64,000 nt of DNA, taken from Rhynchobatus australiae. Taxonomy: Eukaryota. Below, one piece after another: positions 50,720 through 62,745 of the stretch. The translations under genes were made by a program, and so were the position numbers. The notes under the pieces were generated by a model that searched no databases, had not been told where the DNA came from, and saw only the letters and a program-made list of their open reading frames with translations. The stretch lies in assembly GCA_034780895.1 (NCBI GenBank), contig JAUZTB010000079.1:17420350-17484349 (forward strand). Reading direction: 5' to 3'. Within the stretch, counting starts at the first letter, position 1, and each line of letters begins with the position of its first letter.

Positions 50720-50847
50720 AGAAAGGAGGGATATGATCAATGTGCAGGGAAGAGGGATTAGATTAAATTAGGAGTCACTGGTTTAATTAATTTGGCACAC
50801 CATCATGGGCTGAAGGGCCTATCCTGCACTGTACTGTTCTATGTTCA
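50720..50847 (+). mobile_element. CR1-type LINE 3' tail
   Basis: Closely similar to 53490-53617, ending gggctgaagggcct...ctgtactgttctatgttc. Confidence 0.75.
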
Positions 50848-51886
50848 AATGATGTCAGGAAGTGGAATAACATTTCACATGCAGGGAAACAGATAAGATC
50901 TTGACAAAGCAGCAATTTGGCACATTAATAGAATATATAATTCTGTGCACGGTTGAGAAAAAGCTAGGTTTTGTACAAACCAAATGCTTATAATTAAATG
51001 CACTCAATTCTGTCTACACAAACTCACAGCCACAACCCTTGGCTGGCTAGAATGTTAGTGGGACCAAACATGCAATAGGAATGGCATTAAGACAGCTTTG
51101 AAAATTAAGACAGTATGAAAGAGCTCCATACCGCCCAGCAACTTATTTCTGGGTTGACCATCAAATTTTCTTCCAGCTGGTTTTGCAGGCATCTTGCTGA
51201 TCCCACATACAGGTAAAAAAAATGTTTCCCACCCCTTCTAGCTTTTTGTGTTCCTTAATCCTGATTTCTCAACCAGCATTCATCCAGCAAAGGCCACTGG
51301 AAATTCATCAAGGTTTCAATTTTAAAAAAGGAAAGACTTTCTATTTTAGCTTATCATAAGTTTCTAGACAGTTTGTTCATTAAAATAAGACCTCAAGGTC
51401 ATCTCCTGAACTTCTGAAGTGAGAAACATTCAATGGCGTGGGAGCAAGTGGGAAAGGAACGGACTTTTATTCCCAGAACAATGGCAGGCAGACTGAAAGC
51501 TCAATTAGTTTCCTGGGAACTTTACTTTCTCTAAATCAGCAACACATTTCCTGTTTCAAATAATTAATTTATTAATATGTTAATGAGAGGGGGAGGCAAA
51601 GAGCTAAGAAGGTTGTATGGTCAGAACTCTCAAAATATGAACCCATTTTGCAATACTCTAGCGCAAGGTGTTCCTAGAAACCTGGCATATGCAGTTTTTA
51701 CAATGGATAATGCCAAATTCCCATTTGGAAACCAGAGAAGGGATTATGCCCTGTGTTAAGCCTGTGTTTACCATCAGCCAGGAATCAGCCCAAAATCAGA
51801 GTCTGCAAACTGAATTCCCATTCACTGATTACACTGCTATTTATCAAGATGACACTGTCGACAGACACTACAAATTCTTCTCTCCA

Positions 51887-51944
51887 CATGTATATAAAAC
51901 ATATACACATTCAGTTGAGAATGTGTATATGTTTTATATACATG
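51887..51944. repeat. Perfect 26-bp inverted repeat with a 6-nt loop
   Basis: catgtatataaaacatatacacattc-agttga-gaatgtgtatatgttttatatacatg; the arms are exact reverse complements. Confidence 0.97.
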
Positions 51945-53224
51945 AAAAGAGAAAAAGGGATAGAGCATTCTATCAAAGCCAACAAAAGAAATAATGTAGT
52001 ACACTTTACTATATATAAAGTGGGACAAAGAGAGCACCTAATTGATATTGGTGACAATCATGGGTTTAGTGCCACTGAAAATACACTTGAGCAATTTTTC
52101 AGTTAACAGCAGAATAAAGATAGGTAAAGCATCTTAGAATAAAAGGTCAAAGATTTATATCCATTGCAATTCAGAGGGTGGAGCTCAAGCAGAGCAGACT
52201 GTACGTGCAGACAGCTCCCGCATAGCTTGCATACTAAAGCTTTGTCCAGTGAAAAACGTCACCATTGGGGAAATGTTAAAATACAGACGTGGGTTAGACA
52301 GTGAGGCAGACTCACAAACCCATTTAATGCGAGAGAGATTATTAAAGAAGTGAAATAGGCCAAACTAGTCAACATATTTTGACCAAAGGGGTAAATAAAG
52401 CCTAACAGTTTTGACTGCTAATATGTCCAGCTCTCTATTTGTGGCACTGGCCTCAGTGAATAGCTATTATCTCAATTATTATGCATGAGAAATGCACAAG
52501 GACATGGAAAGAACAAATCATGAAAGAACAGTAAATAAAAAGCTAACTGCAGCAGGTATCAAAATGAAAAAAATTCTTCCATAATTTTAATTCAGTGTTA
52601 CTTTAATTCAATTGTCGCAGAAAGCTCTAGAAATGGTCCTAGGTCTGGAATTCTCTCCGTGGACCACTTTACCTCTCTAGTCTTTTTCTCCCTTTCAGTT
52701 GCTCTTTAAAACCTACCATTCTTACAGGATTTTGGTCATTTACTTCAATAATCACCTTACATTTTAATATTAAATTTTATTTGCTAATGCTCTTGCAAAT
52801 CACCTTGGGATGCATTACCACATTGAAGGACAGCAATATTGATGGTGCAACATTAATGGACATTGTTGTAGGGAGTCTAAAGGACCATGTAATTAAGCTT
52901 TACTCGAGGACACAACCTCAGCTGACATTTTGGCACACAGTGCTGACTATGTGCTGCATTGTCAGAGGGTAGTGGCCTTTGGTTGAAACAGTCCATTAGG
53001 GACCTGTACCACTGAGTACAAATCAACACCTACCTTCTAGTCATTCATCTTAAAGATGATTGGATCTTTCAATGAGCAAAATATTTGATCGGCCCATCTA
53101 CAAAGTGGTTAATGTAATTCCTGATAAGTATATGCAAATTGAGTGCTTTTATTTTATATTTCTGCCATTCAAGTAAAAGTCCTTTCCTTTCCCACTTGCT
53201 TTCACACCACTGAATGCCCCCAAG

Positions 53225-53617
53225 CAACAGAGGCAGAGGGAAGACCTGATAGAAGTTTAAGATTATGAGAGGCAACAGATAGGGTAGACAGCTGGGATCT
53301 TTTATCCCCAGGGTCAGAATGTCTAATACTAGAGGACATGCATTTAAAAGTGAGAGAGGGCAAGTTCAAAAGGAGATGTGCAGGGCAAGATTGGTGGGTG
53401 TCTGGTATGTGCTGCCAGGGGTGCTATGGAGGCAAATATGATAGAGGCGTTTAACAGGCTCTTAGATAGGCACATGAATGTGCAGAGATTGGAGGGATAT
53501 GGGCATTGTGTAGGCAGAAGGGATTAGATTAGTTAGGCATTTAATTACCAGTTTAATTAGTCTGGCACAACATCGTGGGCTGAAGGGCCTGTTCCTCTGC
53601 TGTACTGTTCTATGTTC
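53225..53617 (+). mobile_element. CR1-type LINE 3' fragment (relatively intact)
   Basis: agagggaagacctgatagaagttt (RxDLIEV), actagaggacatgcatttaaa (TRGHAFK), and tail gggctgaagggcctgttcctctgctgtactgttctatgttc. Confidence 0.85.
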
Positions 53618-54779
53618 ATATTGAAATGTTGCCGTGCATGCTAAAGTCCCTTTTAAACTGCACAGAATACACAGTGATGCAACAGGGCATTTGGCCCAAC
53701 TATCTGCATGTTTGTACCCTACATGAATATCCTTCTACCCCAAGAGTCTTTCAGCATCTATTTCATTTCCTCGCAGATACTGCATCTAAAGAAAATCTGA
53801 ATGGTTTTATTTCCCCTCAACCCCCAGACCTCTTCTCTCAGAAGAGATTTATTAGTAACTCTCTTGACCTTATGGCCCCAGTTTTAGATCCTCCCATAAG
53901 AAAATGTCTCTATACATCCACCTTGTCTAACCCTATGATGATTTTAAAGAGGCACCTCAAAGCCTTCTCTTTTATAAAGTAAAAAGCTCCAACCTATTTT
54001 ATCTTTAGCTGTAACTTGTTAGTTGCTACATCATCCTTGTAAATCTATTCTGCACCCTCAAGTGCTTTTATGTCTTTTTTTATAGTATGGAGACCAGACC
54101 TGTGCACAAGCAGCATAGTCCAGCCATTCTCCTCTACAATAAATACTCAAGGCTTTTCTTTTCCAGCAAATGAATTAAGTCATTCAAATAAAGAATGGCT
54201 AGGGAGCTTTCCTGTGTGTGCTGAATGAAAAGCAGAAGGCACAGATGCAGATATGCTTCATTCAAATCAGGCTCTATTCTATTTCTGTGAGTGGCGCAAG
54301 TGTATGAAATGTAACCTTCAAATCAGCCATGCACTGGCATTAATTCAATTTATAGAAGGTTCTAGTTTGAAGAAAACACATTTGAATTAGAAGGTTTGTC
54401 TGGGATTGCCAAACAGAGGCTGTAGCTTAGGACCTGGAATTAAAACACAGGAGGCAGAATATATCAGAATGCAGTGCTTTTGGACATCAGCAGATGGCAT
54501 CAGTGCCATCTAACGACAGTGCAATATAACTGCAGCTTACGCCACAGGATGAGGAAAAAAAAGTGACCCTTTTAAAAGGAATTCTTCAATCAGCAGTGCT
54601 GAACAAAAAAAAAGATACTGGAAGAGGTGCAAATGCAGAAAAGGAACATGGAAAGAATGGCAGAAATATGAAATAAAGCTGCCAGAAATACTGATCATCT
54701 GAAATTGTTGAGCTCAATATTGAGCCCAGAAGAATTGCCATTACTTGAGCATTCACTATTTTGTCCAATTAATTCTTAC

Positions 54780-55003
54780 CTGAGGGATGATGATATCAGC
54801 AAGGGCCTTAGAGAGCTTGAAGAGTTCCAAGGTATCCTCAAGCTTCAAGGCACTGTTGTGCTGCACATCATATTTGATGCAATCATAGATATCTGGGATT
54901 TTACTGATGTCATAGCGGCCACTCTTCATCCTGAAATCTTTCTCCAGTTTTAACCAGCGTTGCAACATTAGCTCTAGGGTCTCACTGTGATACAGCTGAA
55001 GGT
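54780..55003 (-). CDS. PPIP5K1: PPIP5K1 coding exon: (D)[74 protein letters not shown]
   Basis: Overlaps ORF 54756..54968. 224 nt, phase 1 to 0, acceptor attgcag| and donor |gtaaga. Contains the [15 protein letters not shown] signature. Confidence 0.97.
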
Positions 55004-55449
55004 CTGCAATTTACAAGATCCATCATGTTAAACAGGTTCTTTCATATTCCACCAAGCTAAAAACTAGAAAGACTGTAGTAAAGTTACAGCATGCAGCAAA
55101 GTAAATANNNNNNNNNNNNNNNNNNNNNNNNNNNNNNNNNNNNNNNNNNNNNNNNNNNNNNNNNNNNNNNNNNNNNNNNNNNNNNNNNNNNNNNNNNNNN
55201 NNNNNNNAAAGTTACAGCATGCAGCAAAGTAAATATAAAGCTGTGGAAACAAATATCCAACAATTTCTCTTTTAACAGTTAAATGAAATAAACAAAAGTG
55301 CACTTGTTACATTTGTATACGTACCTGATTTCTCAAGAAAGTTGCTTGGGAACACTGACTAGAAACATCTTCAAGAAAGAAAACAATAATTGCTCGCCCA
55401 ACCTCCCCATGTCCTGAAACTGGTTCTCTGTATACTTACTTTTATTCTG

Positions 55450-56290
55450 AGACATGAGTATTACTGGGAAAGTGGTCTAAAGCAATACTCATCTTCCCTT
55501 GGGAAGACTGTGTTCTTGTGGTATTAGAGTGTTCCAGCATTTCAGCCAATGTCAGTGTATATATTTCCGCTTCAGAATACTGTGCAACTTGGAGATGGTG
55601 GCATTCTCATGTGCCTGCTGACCCTGTTCTTCTGGTTGGTAGAAGTTTCGGGATTGGGAAATATTGTCAGGACAGCCTTGCCATGTTACTTTAGTGCCTC
55701 CTACAGATAGTGCACATTGCAGCCACAGTGCACCAGAAATGAACACTCCAGGTGGTGGATGGGATGCCAATCAAACAATCTGCTTTGTTCTGGTGGGAAA
55801 CGACTTTCTGGAGGGTTACTGTAACTGCATTCATGCAAACAAGAGGGGAGTATTCTATCACATACTTAACTAGTGGCTTATAGATAGTGAAAAGGCTCTG
55901 GGTGAGTTACACTCCACAGGATATTCACCCTCTCACCTGAGCTTTGATGGAAGATCATAGACCAGAATCATTAACTCTGTTTCTCCCTCCATAGTAACTG
56001 GCCTGCTGAGTATTCCAGAATATTTTTAGTTATAACCACAAGACTTGTGTGGTTACTCCAATTAAGTTTCTCCTCAGTGACAACCCTTGGCTACTAATGG
56101 TGGGAGATGTGAAGATGGTGATGCCTTTGAATATCAAGATTACTTACTCAGATCCATCTCGTTGGAGGCAGTGACTATTGTACACTGGTGTGGTGCAAGT
56201 ATTACTTGACGCTTATCAGCACTTGCCCAAAAGCTGACTAGGTCTTGCTGCACATGGGAATGGACTGCTTCGTTATCTGAGATTCATTAG
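55450..56290 (-). mobile_element. L2/CR1-clade LINE (degenerate), interrupted by a PLE-derived fragment at ~55940-56030
   Basis: Reverse-complement similarity to 57930-58400 (e.g. tggtgcaagtattacttgacgcttatcagc, about DKxQVxFAP). Confidence 0.6.
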
Positions 56291-56889
56291 CAGCACAAGT
56301 TCTGATGCAAAGCACCAGCTCCACCTCCTCAGACAGAGCCAACTTTAGATACTGTTTCTCTCTCCAGCTGCCTGAATGTGGATGCTGAGGTTGTTCAAAG
56401 TTCCATTCACCAGCGCTGCTTAAACCTCATAAACGTGAATCCTTTAAAATGCCCTCTGGGAGAGGAGACAACCAACTTCAAGATTTACTGCACCAGATAA
56501 TTGGAGAGCAGTTGGTGTAGAGGGGTAGGCTGGAAAGCTAATCTATGGGGAATGACTGGATCAAGTTTGTTTGCATTTGTACATTTTAGCTGTGACAGTA
56601 GTGAACTACAGCAACAGAGTAACCTTGTACTGTGGCGCTATTTTACTAGCACAGAATATGATTATTCAACATAGAATAATAGTTAATGTTGTTTCAGCAG
56701 TTATGAGAGTGCTGCTGAGTGACCAAAGGAACCAGTGTTCTACACTATGAATGAGATTAACTAAGTAGGGCACCTCAAGCTTTTATTGACCGTATTCTCT
56801 GTTGATGGTAATCCAGATCCCTCAAATTTGACTCAACTGTCTTCAAGCTTCAATAACAACTAGTGCAAAAAAAATACAAATAATGGGAA

Positions 56890-57055
56890 CTAGAAATAAA
56901 ACAAAAATGTGTGAAATACTTAGATGACCAGGCAGCATCTTTGGAAAGAGAAGCAGAGTTAACCCTTCAGGTGAAAGTTGTGTTCTGAAACATTAACCTT
57001 CTCTCTCCATAGATGCTGCCTTACCAGCTTGTCAGTTCTACGATTTTGTTTTTAA
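56890..57055. mobile_element. Short palindromic Penelope-derived element
   Basis: Arms 56931-56970 (ggcagcatctttggaaagag...ttcag) and 56985-57020 (ctgaaacattaac...ccatagatgctgcc) are imperfect reverse complements. Confidence 0.7.
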
Positions 57056-57151
57056 TACCTCAAGAGGAGAATATTTCACCAAGAATCTGTTGCTCCTCCT
57101 GCATTTTCACTCTTTCTGAATACTTCTTTGAACCAAAACAGATACATTTAC

Positions 57152-57293
57152 CTGCTGATTTGGGGTCTTCTAACCTCTTCTTAATCTGCGAGGTCAGACT
57201 CTGAACCAAGGAATAAACTCGATCACAAGTGGTAACAGGGTTTTGAATTAACTTCATGGAATTAATAAGAGAAGCACTGCCAGTGGGAGCCAG
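57152..57293 (-). CDS. PPIP5K1: PPIP5K1 coding exon: [47 protein letters not shown](D)
   Basis: Within ORF 57060..57323. 142 nt, phase 0 to 1, acceptor tttgcag| and donor |gtaaat. Confidence 0.96.
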
Positions 57294-57879
57294 CTGCAAA
57301 GGATGAAAATAGATCAGGTGCAAACACTGTTAATAAACAGGACNNNNNNNNNNNNNNNNNNNNNNNNNNNNNNNNNNNNNNNNNNNNNNNNNNNNNNNNN
57401 NNNNNNNNNNNNNNNNNNNNNNNNNNNNNNNNNNNNNNNNNNNNNNNNNNNNNNNNNNNNNNNNNNNNNNNNNNNNNNNNNNAGCACAATTCTACCTTAG
57501 CAACAGAACAGTGCTAAAGGACACTTCTGTCCTTCTGTGACAATGCTTCAACTTGCAATTGTCAGAAGGGACTTTTCCCAGCACCTTCCCACCAACAATC
57601 TTCGTGTGGGGTGTGGCTAATCTACAGGAGAATGGAAAACTATTCCACATACATCTCCTTCACTCCAGAACCAAGGTCTTTCTACCTTCAATCATTGAGC
57701 TGCGGCGTGCAGACAAAGCTTCCATATGCCTACCTGCGGAGGCCAAGCTCCAGCTCATCATCAACTCATCCACTGGTGCACAAGAGAATGGGCTTTATAC
57801 TAAAGATCCTTAAAAGGTCTTCCACCAACATTTGTGCAACAAAATTTCCCCACCCTGCCAACAATTATGGTCGACAGAA

Positions 57880-58610
57880 CACAGGAAAGCATGGACCACA
57901 TACCATCATAAAATCAAAAGTGGAGGTCAACTGATGATTGCACAATGTTCCATTCCATACACAACTGTTCAGCAAATGGATGAGTCCTTATCTGCATATG
58001 ACAAGTCCTAGATAACATTCCAACATGGCAGATAAGTGGCAAATAATATCCATGCCACAGAACGTCAGGCAATGACCATCTCCAACAAGAAAGAGTCTAA
58101 ACACCCATCCTTTACATTAAATAGCATGACCGTTACCAATACCTCTATCATCAACAACCTGGGGGTCACTGTCAACAAGAAAACACAGTTGCACCAGCTA
58201 CGTAAATACTGTGGCTACAAGAGCAGGTCAGAGGCTGGGTACCCCAAAGCAAATGCCTCACTCCTAACACCAAGGACTTTCCATCATCTACAAGGCACAT
58301 CAGGAATGCCTAGGCAAGTGCACTGCCAACCTTAACACCATCCATGACAAAGCAGGCCACATGATTGGCATCTCTGTTCATTCTTTCCACCACTGGTGAG
58401 TGCCTGCAGTGTGTACCACTTAAAATCCTTGTACACTTCCCTCAGTCACACACCATACCAATTTGGAAATGTATTAAGTCTTTCATTGTTGCTGGATCCA
58501 AATCCTGGAACTTCCTTCCCAATGGGCACTGTGGGAGTACCTTCACCAGAAGAAGTACAACAGTTCAAAACAAAAGGTGGTTCACTACCACCACCTCAAG
58601 GACAAACAGA
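57880..58610 (+). mobile_element. L2/CR1-clade LINE 3' part
   Basis: ctgatgattgcacaatgttc (xDDCTMF); ORF 58036..58335 (QAMTISNKKESKHPSFTLN...NNLGVTV); tail matches 38255-38425. Confidence 0.8.
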
Positions 58611-58644
58611 GAAGAGCAGTGCTCAGGTCCCAAAAATAAACAAT

Positions 58645-59580
58645 GAATATCTTTTAACTGTCTCAGGAAGCACCTCTGAGCAAAAGGCAGAGATTGATGA
58701 TGAAATTCACCACCGCTTGCAGTGTATCAGCACAGGCTTTGACCATCTGAGGAAAAGTGTGTTCTCAAACTTCAGTCTACTGGCCTTCTGTATGTTTCTT
58801 AGATAGGAACTAACTTAGCAGAACCCAATGCTAACATCAAAAGAGATCTCTAGTTTATTTAAAAAAAATAGATAGCAAGCATTGAGGTACCACTAGAATC
58901 ATACAGCACAGTAAAGGGCTCTTTCAACCCACCCTCAATCATGCCAACTGTGATGCCCATCTATGCTAATCCCATTTGCCACAATAGGCACATATCCCTC
59001 TACACCTTTCCTAAGTACCTGTCCAAATGCCTTCTAAACATTCTAATTGTATCTATCTCCACCTCCACTAATTCTATCCTCACAAAATCCTCTCAATCCA
59101 CTGACAGTACAAGTGAACCAATATCAATATCTTCTCCCAGGACAACATCCAATTACACACTACTGTGTCTGAAGGACAGGCTACAACATTCACACCCCCA
59201 ACACAAGACTCCTGACATGGGCACTCCACTCCAACCTCCATCATAGCAAGAGATTACAGGAAGACAAAGAAAACAATTCAAGGATGTTCTCAATCACACC
59301 TTGAAAACCCTTAAGTCCCATAACCACTTAAAATGGAGAAAGAATATTTGGGATGACACCAAGAACCTCAAGTCCCTTTGTCAAGAGCACACAAAAGCCC
59401 AGTGAAAACTACAGAAGGAGAGCACCACCTCCCAAACTATGCACCCACTTGTCCCATCAATTACCTCCTGCTCTCCCTCTGGTAGTCTATAGATCCCACA
59501 TTGGGTTTAAGGTGGCAGACGAGGCCACAAAACTAGAGCAGAAGTAGGTCATCTTTGATCCCAAAGGACTATCTGAGAAA
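58645..59580 (+). mobile_element. RTE-clade LINE 3' fragment, interrupted by a reverse CR1 tail (~58893-59065)
   Basis: ORF 58396..58806 (GSTSEQKAEIDDEIHHRLQCISTGFDHLRKSVF) matches RTE LGSxLSxxADIDDEIxxRLxxASxAFGRLRKRVF; later KILxIHW and GRQRKQFKDVL remnants. Confidence 0.75.
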
Positions 59581-60057
59581 AATATTCCCAACAATCATCG
59601 GAAACAGTGCTGTTGCAGTTCATTTCTAGCAATAGACCAAGAAACAACCATGTGGGTTCTCAATGAAGTTGCTGAGAGGAAGAGAGCCAGTGAGTCAAAA
59701 AAAGGTAGTAATGTAATGACACAAGGCTTGGGAAGAACAGACATGAGGAGTTCCATTTCACTAAAATCCTGGGACAGAATATTGGAGCACAAGGAAATGG
59801 AATGAACTTAAAAGGAGAGGTAGGTGGAAGAACCTAAGTGTGTGGAAACCATACTCAGTTTTTTTGTAGAAAACATACAGGAAACATGCTCACATTATCT
59901 CAGTGTATTGACAATGCTTGTTTGCAATCAGCTTTGATGTTCCAAAAGCAGAAATTTTACAATTAGAAGGTGCCATTAACTTATTGAGCTCCTAATCACA
60001 TCCAACCCTTTCCCAACCCAGTGGATCCAGGCACATTGTCCATGTTTACTTAGTTAC

Positions 60058-60240
60058 CTTTTTGTAGTCCTCCTCTGTGAACACCTGATCCTTCTGCATG
60101 ATCTCATGAAGCCGTGCTTTGACGCGGTGTTGACAGCTACTGAGTGAGTTGCTGTTACTGTCCAGAAGACCATTCATGTTGGCACTTTTCACCATCTGCA
60201 CCAGAATTGGAGTCAACTCTCCTTCCAGTGCCAGGAGTCC
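60058..60240 (-). CDS. PPIP5K1: PPIP5K1 coding exon: [61 protein letters not shown]
   Basis: Within ORF 60046..60318. 183 nt, phase 0 to 0, acceptor ttacag| and donor |gtaact. Confidence 0.97.
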
Positions 60241-60481
60241 CTGTAACATTGCACACAGACAAATGATCAGTGATGTACTGAGGATCATGGTACAGAGAAA
60301 TGTTTTGGAGTTGTCCATACTACAAAGTTTAACTCATTCCCCACTTTGTAAATCTAACACTGGCATCAAGCACTCATCACTTGCACTAAGCATCAACCAG
60401 ATCCTTTGTTGCCTTTGATACTTATGTCCTATTGAAAACAAATTGGTTGTTTGAAATGCGAACAAAAACTTTCTCACATAC

Positions 60482-60603
60482 TTTGGCAAAAGCCGCTGCG
60501 GTCATCTGCACTCTGCCTTCGTCGGAGGCGTAGATCTTCAGGTCGTGTCTGTAGGTGCTATGCAAACGAAGCAGACCGCATCCAGGAAAGCCAGCATAAT
60601 CCC
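60482..60603 (-). CDS. PPIP5K1: PPIP5K1 coding exon, phosphatase-like domain: (G)[40 protein letters not shown]
   Basis: Manual minus-strand translation. 122 nt, phase 1 to 0, acceptor ttcccag| and donor |gtatgt. Near-invariant PPIP5K/VIP1 motif (recalled). Confidence 0.97.
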
Positions 60604-62675
60604 CTGGGAAGAAAGAAATTAGTTCACTCTCTGCTAAGTCACCCCACTGCTATCTCCAGACTGTCCACCTTTTAATTTGACCATGGCTTATCTCTTTTTT
60701 TGTTCCAAAACCCTCAAAATCTTGCTAATTGCAATTCTGAAATTTTCAATTGCCCACCCTCAGCTTTTTAGGGAAGAGGGTTCCAGATTTTCACTATCCT
60801 TTAAGTGGAGAGCTGCCTCTTGATATCACCCCTGAACTGCCCACTAAATCAGCATTGCCCATCCTCAGAAAACAGAAGAAAATCTTCTCTAGTGTTTCCT
60901 TTACAAAAATGTTTACAAGTCAATANNNNNNNNNNNNNNNNNNNNNNNNNNNNNNNNNNNNNNNNNNNNNNNNNNNGAACAGGAGTGAGTTTACTAAATT
61001 AGGGGATAGTTGGGGAAAGGGAAGAATGACCTCAATACTATCCTAATTCCCTACGATGTCAGTATTTAGTTTCTGTGATTTACTTATAAGAATTGAATGA
61101 ACTGAATTTCTCAGGTCTGAGAGAATTGGCACAAAATGCTCTTCTTTATCTGATTTTCCTTGTTATATCCTCCCTCATCTCTTCCTCGGGCTTTGTGCAA
61201 AACCATTTTGCAAGTCAATCACTGATTCTTCTGTTTTCAACACAGTTGTGATAATAGAAATTTCAACAACTCTCGTCAGCCACCAGAACCCAAACCTGAA
61301 GCAAACAGTGAGACCATAAAATCAGAGACAGGCAGCCTTACTCTTCATTTGCTGATGCAGCAGATTTAGAGAAACTGGCAATGGGATGGGAGGGAGGGAA
61401 TATCAACACTTCCATGGAAGGGATCATTCTTTGGATAATACCAGACTGTGGAGAAAAGCTGAGAAGTGAAGCCAGCTTGAACAGAGTTAGAAAGATCTTC
61501 AGGAATTTCTCTAGATCTGAGAAAGAGCCCCAAGCAGTTACTATCCAGGGAAATTTTTCTTTGATGATATAGTCTTGTGGATGGTGATAGACAGGAGATT
61601 TTGGTTGCAATCTCTGCTGGTCATTATGAAGAGCTTTTGAGGCCTTTCAGAGACAGGGACAGGATTCATTGTTGTTATTAGAAGTGATTTTATTGCGACT
61701 TCTGTAGTTGNNNNNNNNNNNNNNNNNNNNNNNNNNNNNNNNNNNNNNNNNNNNNNNNNNNNNNNNNNNNNNNNNNNNNNNNNNNNNNNNNNNNNNNNNN
61801 NNNNNNNNNNTATTGCGACTTCTGTAGTTGTGCCTGCTATTTATCAACAAAAGTCTAGGATAATATAGTATTGTGCCTAAAGTTCAACATTGCATACAAT
61901 GATGTGAAAAATATTTGTTTAAATTTTGGTTCAGTGAAGTGACAAAGTCTGTTGAACACAGGAACAAGCTAAAAAAAAGTGAAGATCGATTGACAGGGAA
62001 TAAAATGGGACCTACCATATGCAGATAATGGGGGAAAATGGGGCTTCACAGCTGGTGAACATGCTAGTTGTTCCAACTGTGCTGACAATGTCTTACATGG
62101 AATGAATCCTTGAAGAACCTCTCCACTGACTGGGATCAACTGCATCAGATATGGAACATTTAACAAAATCAATCAAAATGTTTTTAATCTAGTCCTTAAC
62201 TAATGGATCTGACAGCATTTCTCAAAATGCAATGTATAACGTATTGCTTTGTAAGTATTGGATCACGTAATCCACAGTGTGCCACTCTATGAAGGTTCAG
62301 GAACATCCCTGAACACCACAGACAGCAAGGCAAGAGTAAAGTTAATATAAAAATAGTGGGAAGAATATGATACAAGACCAATGCACACCTTTTCAAAAAG
62401 GTGAAGCTTTCATCTGTGTGCTTGAGCAACATTTCAAACTAAACAAATGGATTTACACGAATCCTAGAAAAAGTGGAAATCCAGTGGACTAGAGGAGTTA
62501 TCAAAAGCAACAAATGCAAAAGAATATCTAAAAACTTGCAAGGTATAACTGAGTCAACCACAAAACCAAATGGAGTAAATTAGCTACATTAATGATGGAA
62601 ACAGGCAACACTTGTTAGGGAAAACTTTGTTTCTTGGAAGAAGATAAAACAATACCTGAACAAGTGAACTCAAAG

Positions 62676-62676
<1 letters not shown>

Positions 62677-62744
<68 letters not shown>
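62677..62744. repeat. (TG)34 microsatellite
   Basis: Uninterrupted TG run read directly. Confidence 0.97.
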
Positions 62745-62745
<1 letters not shown>

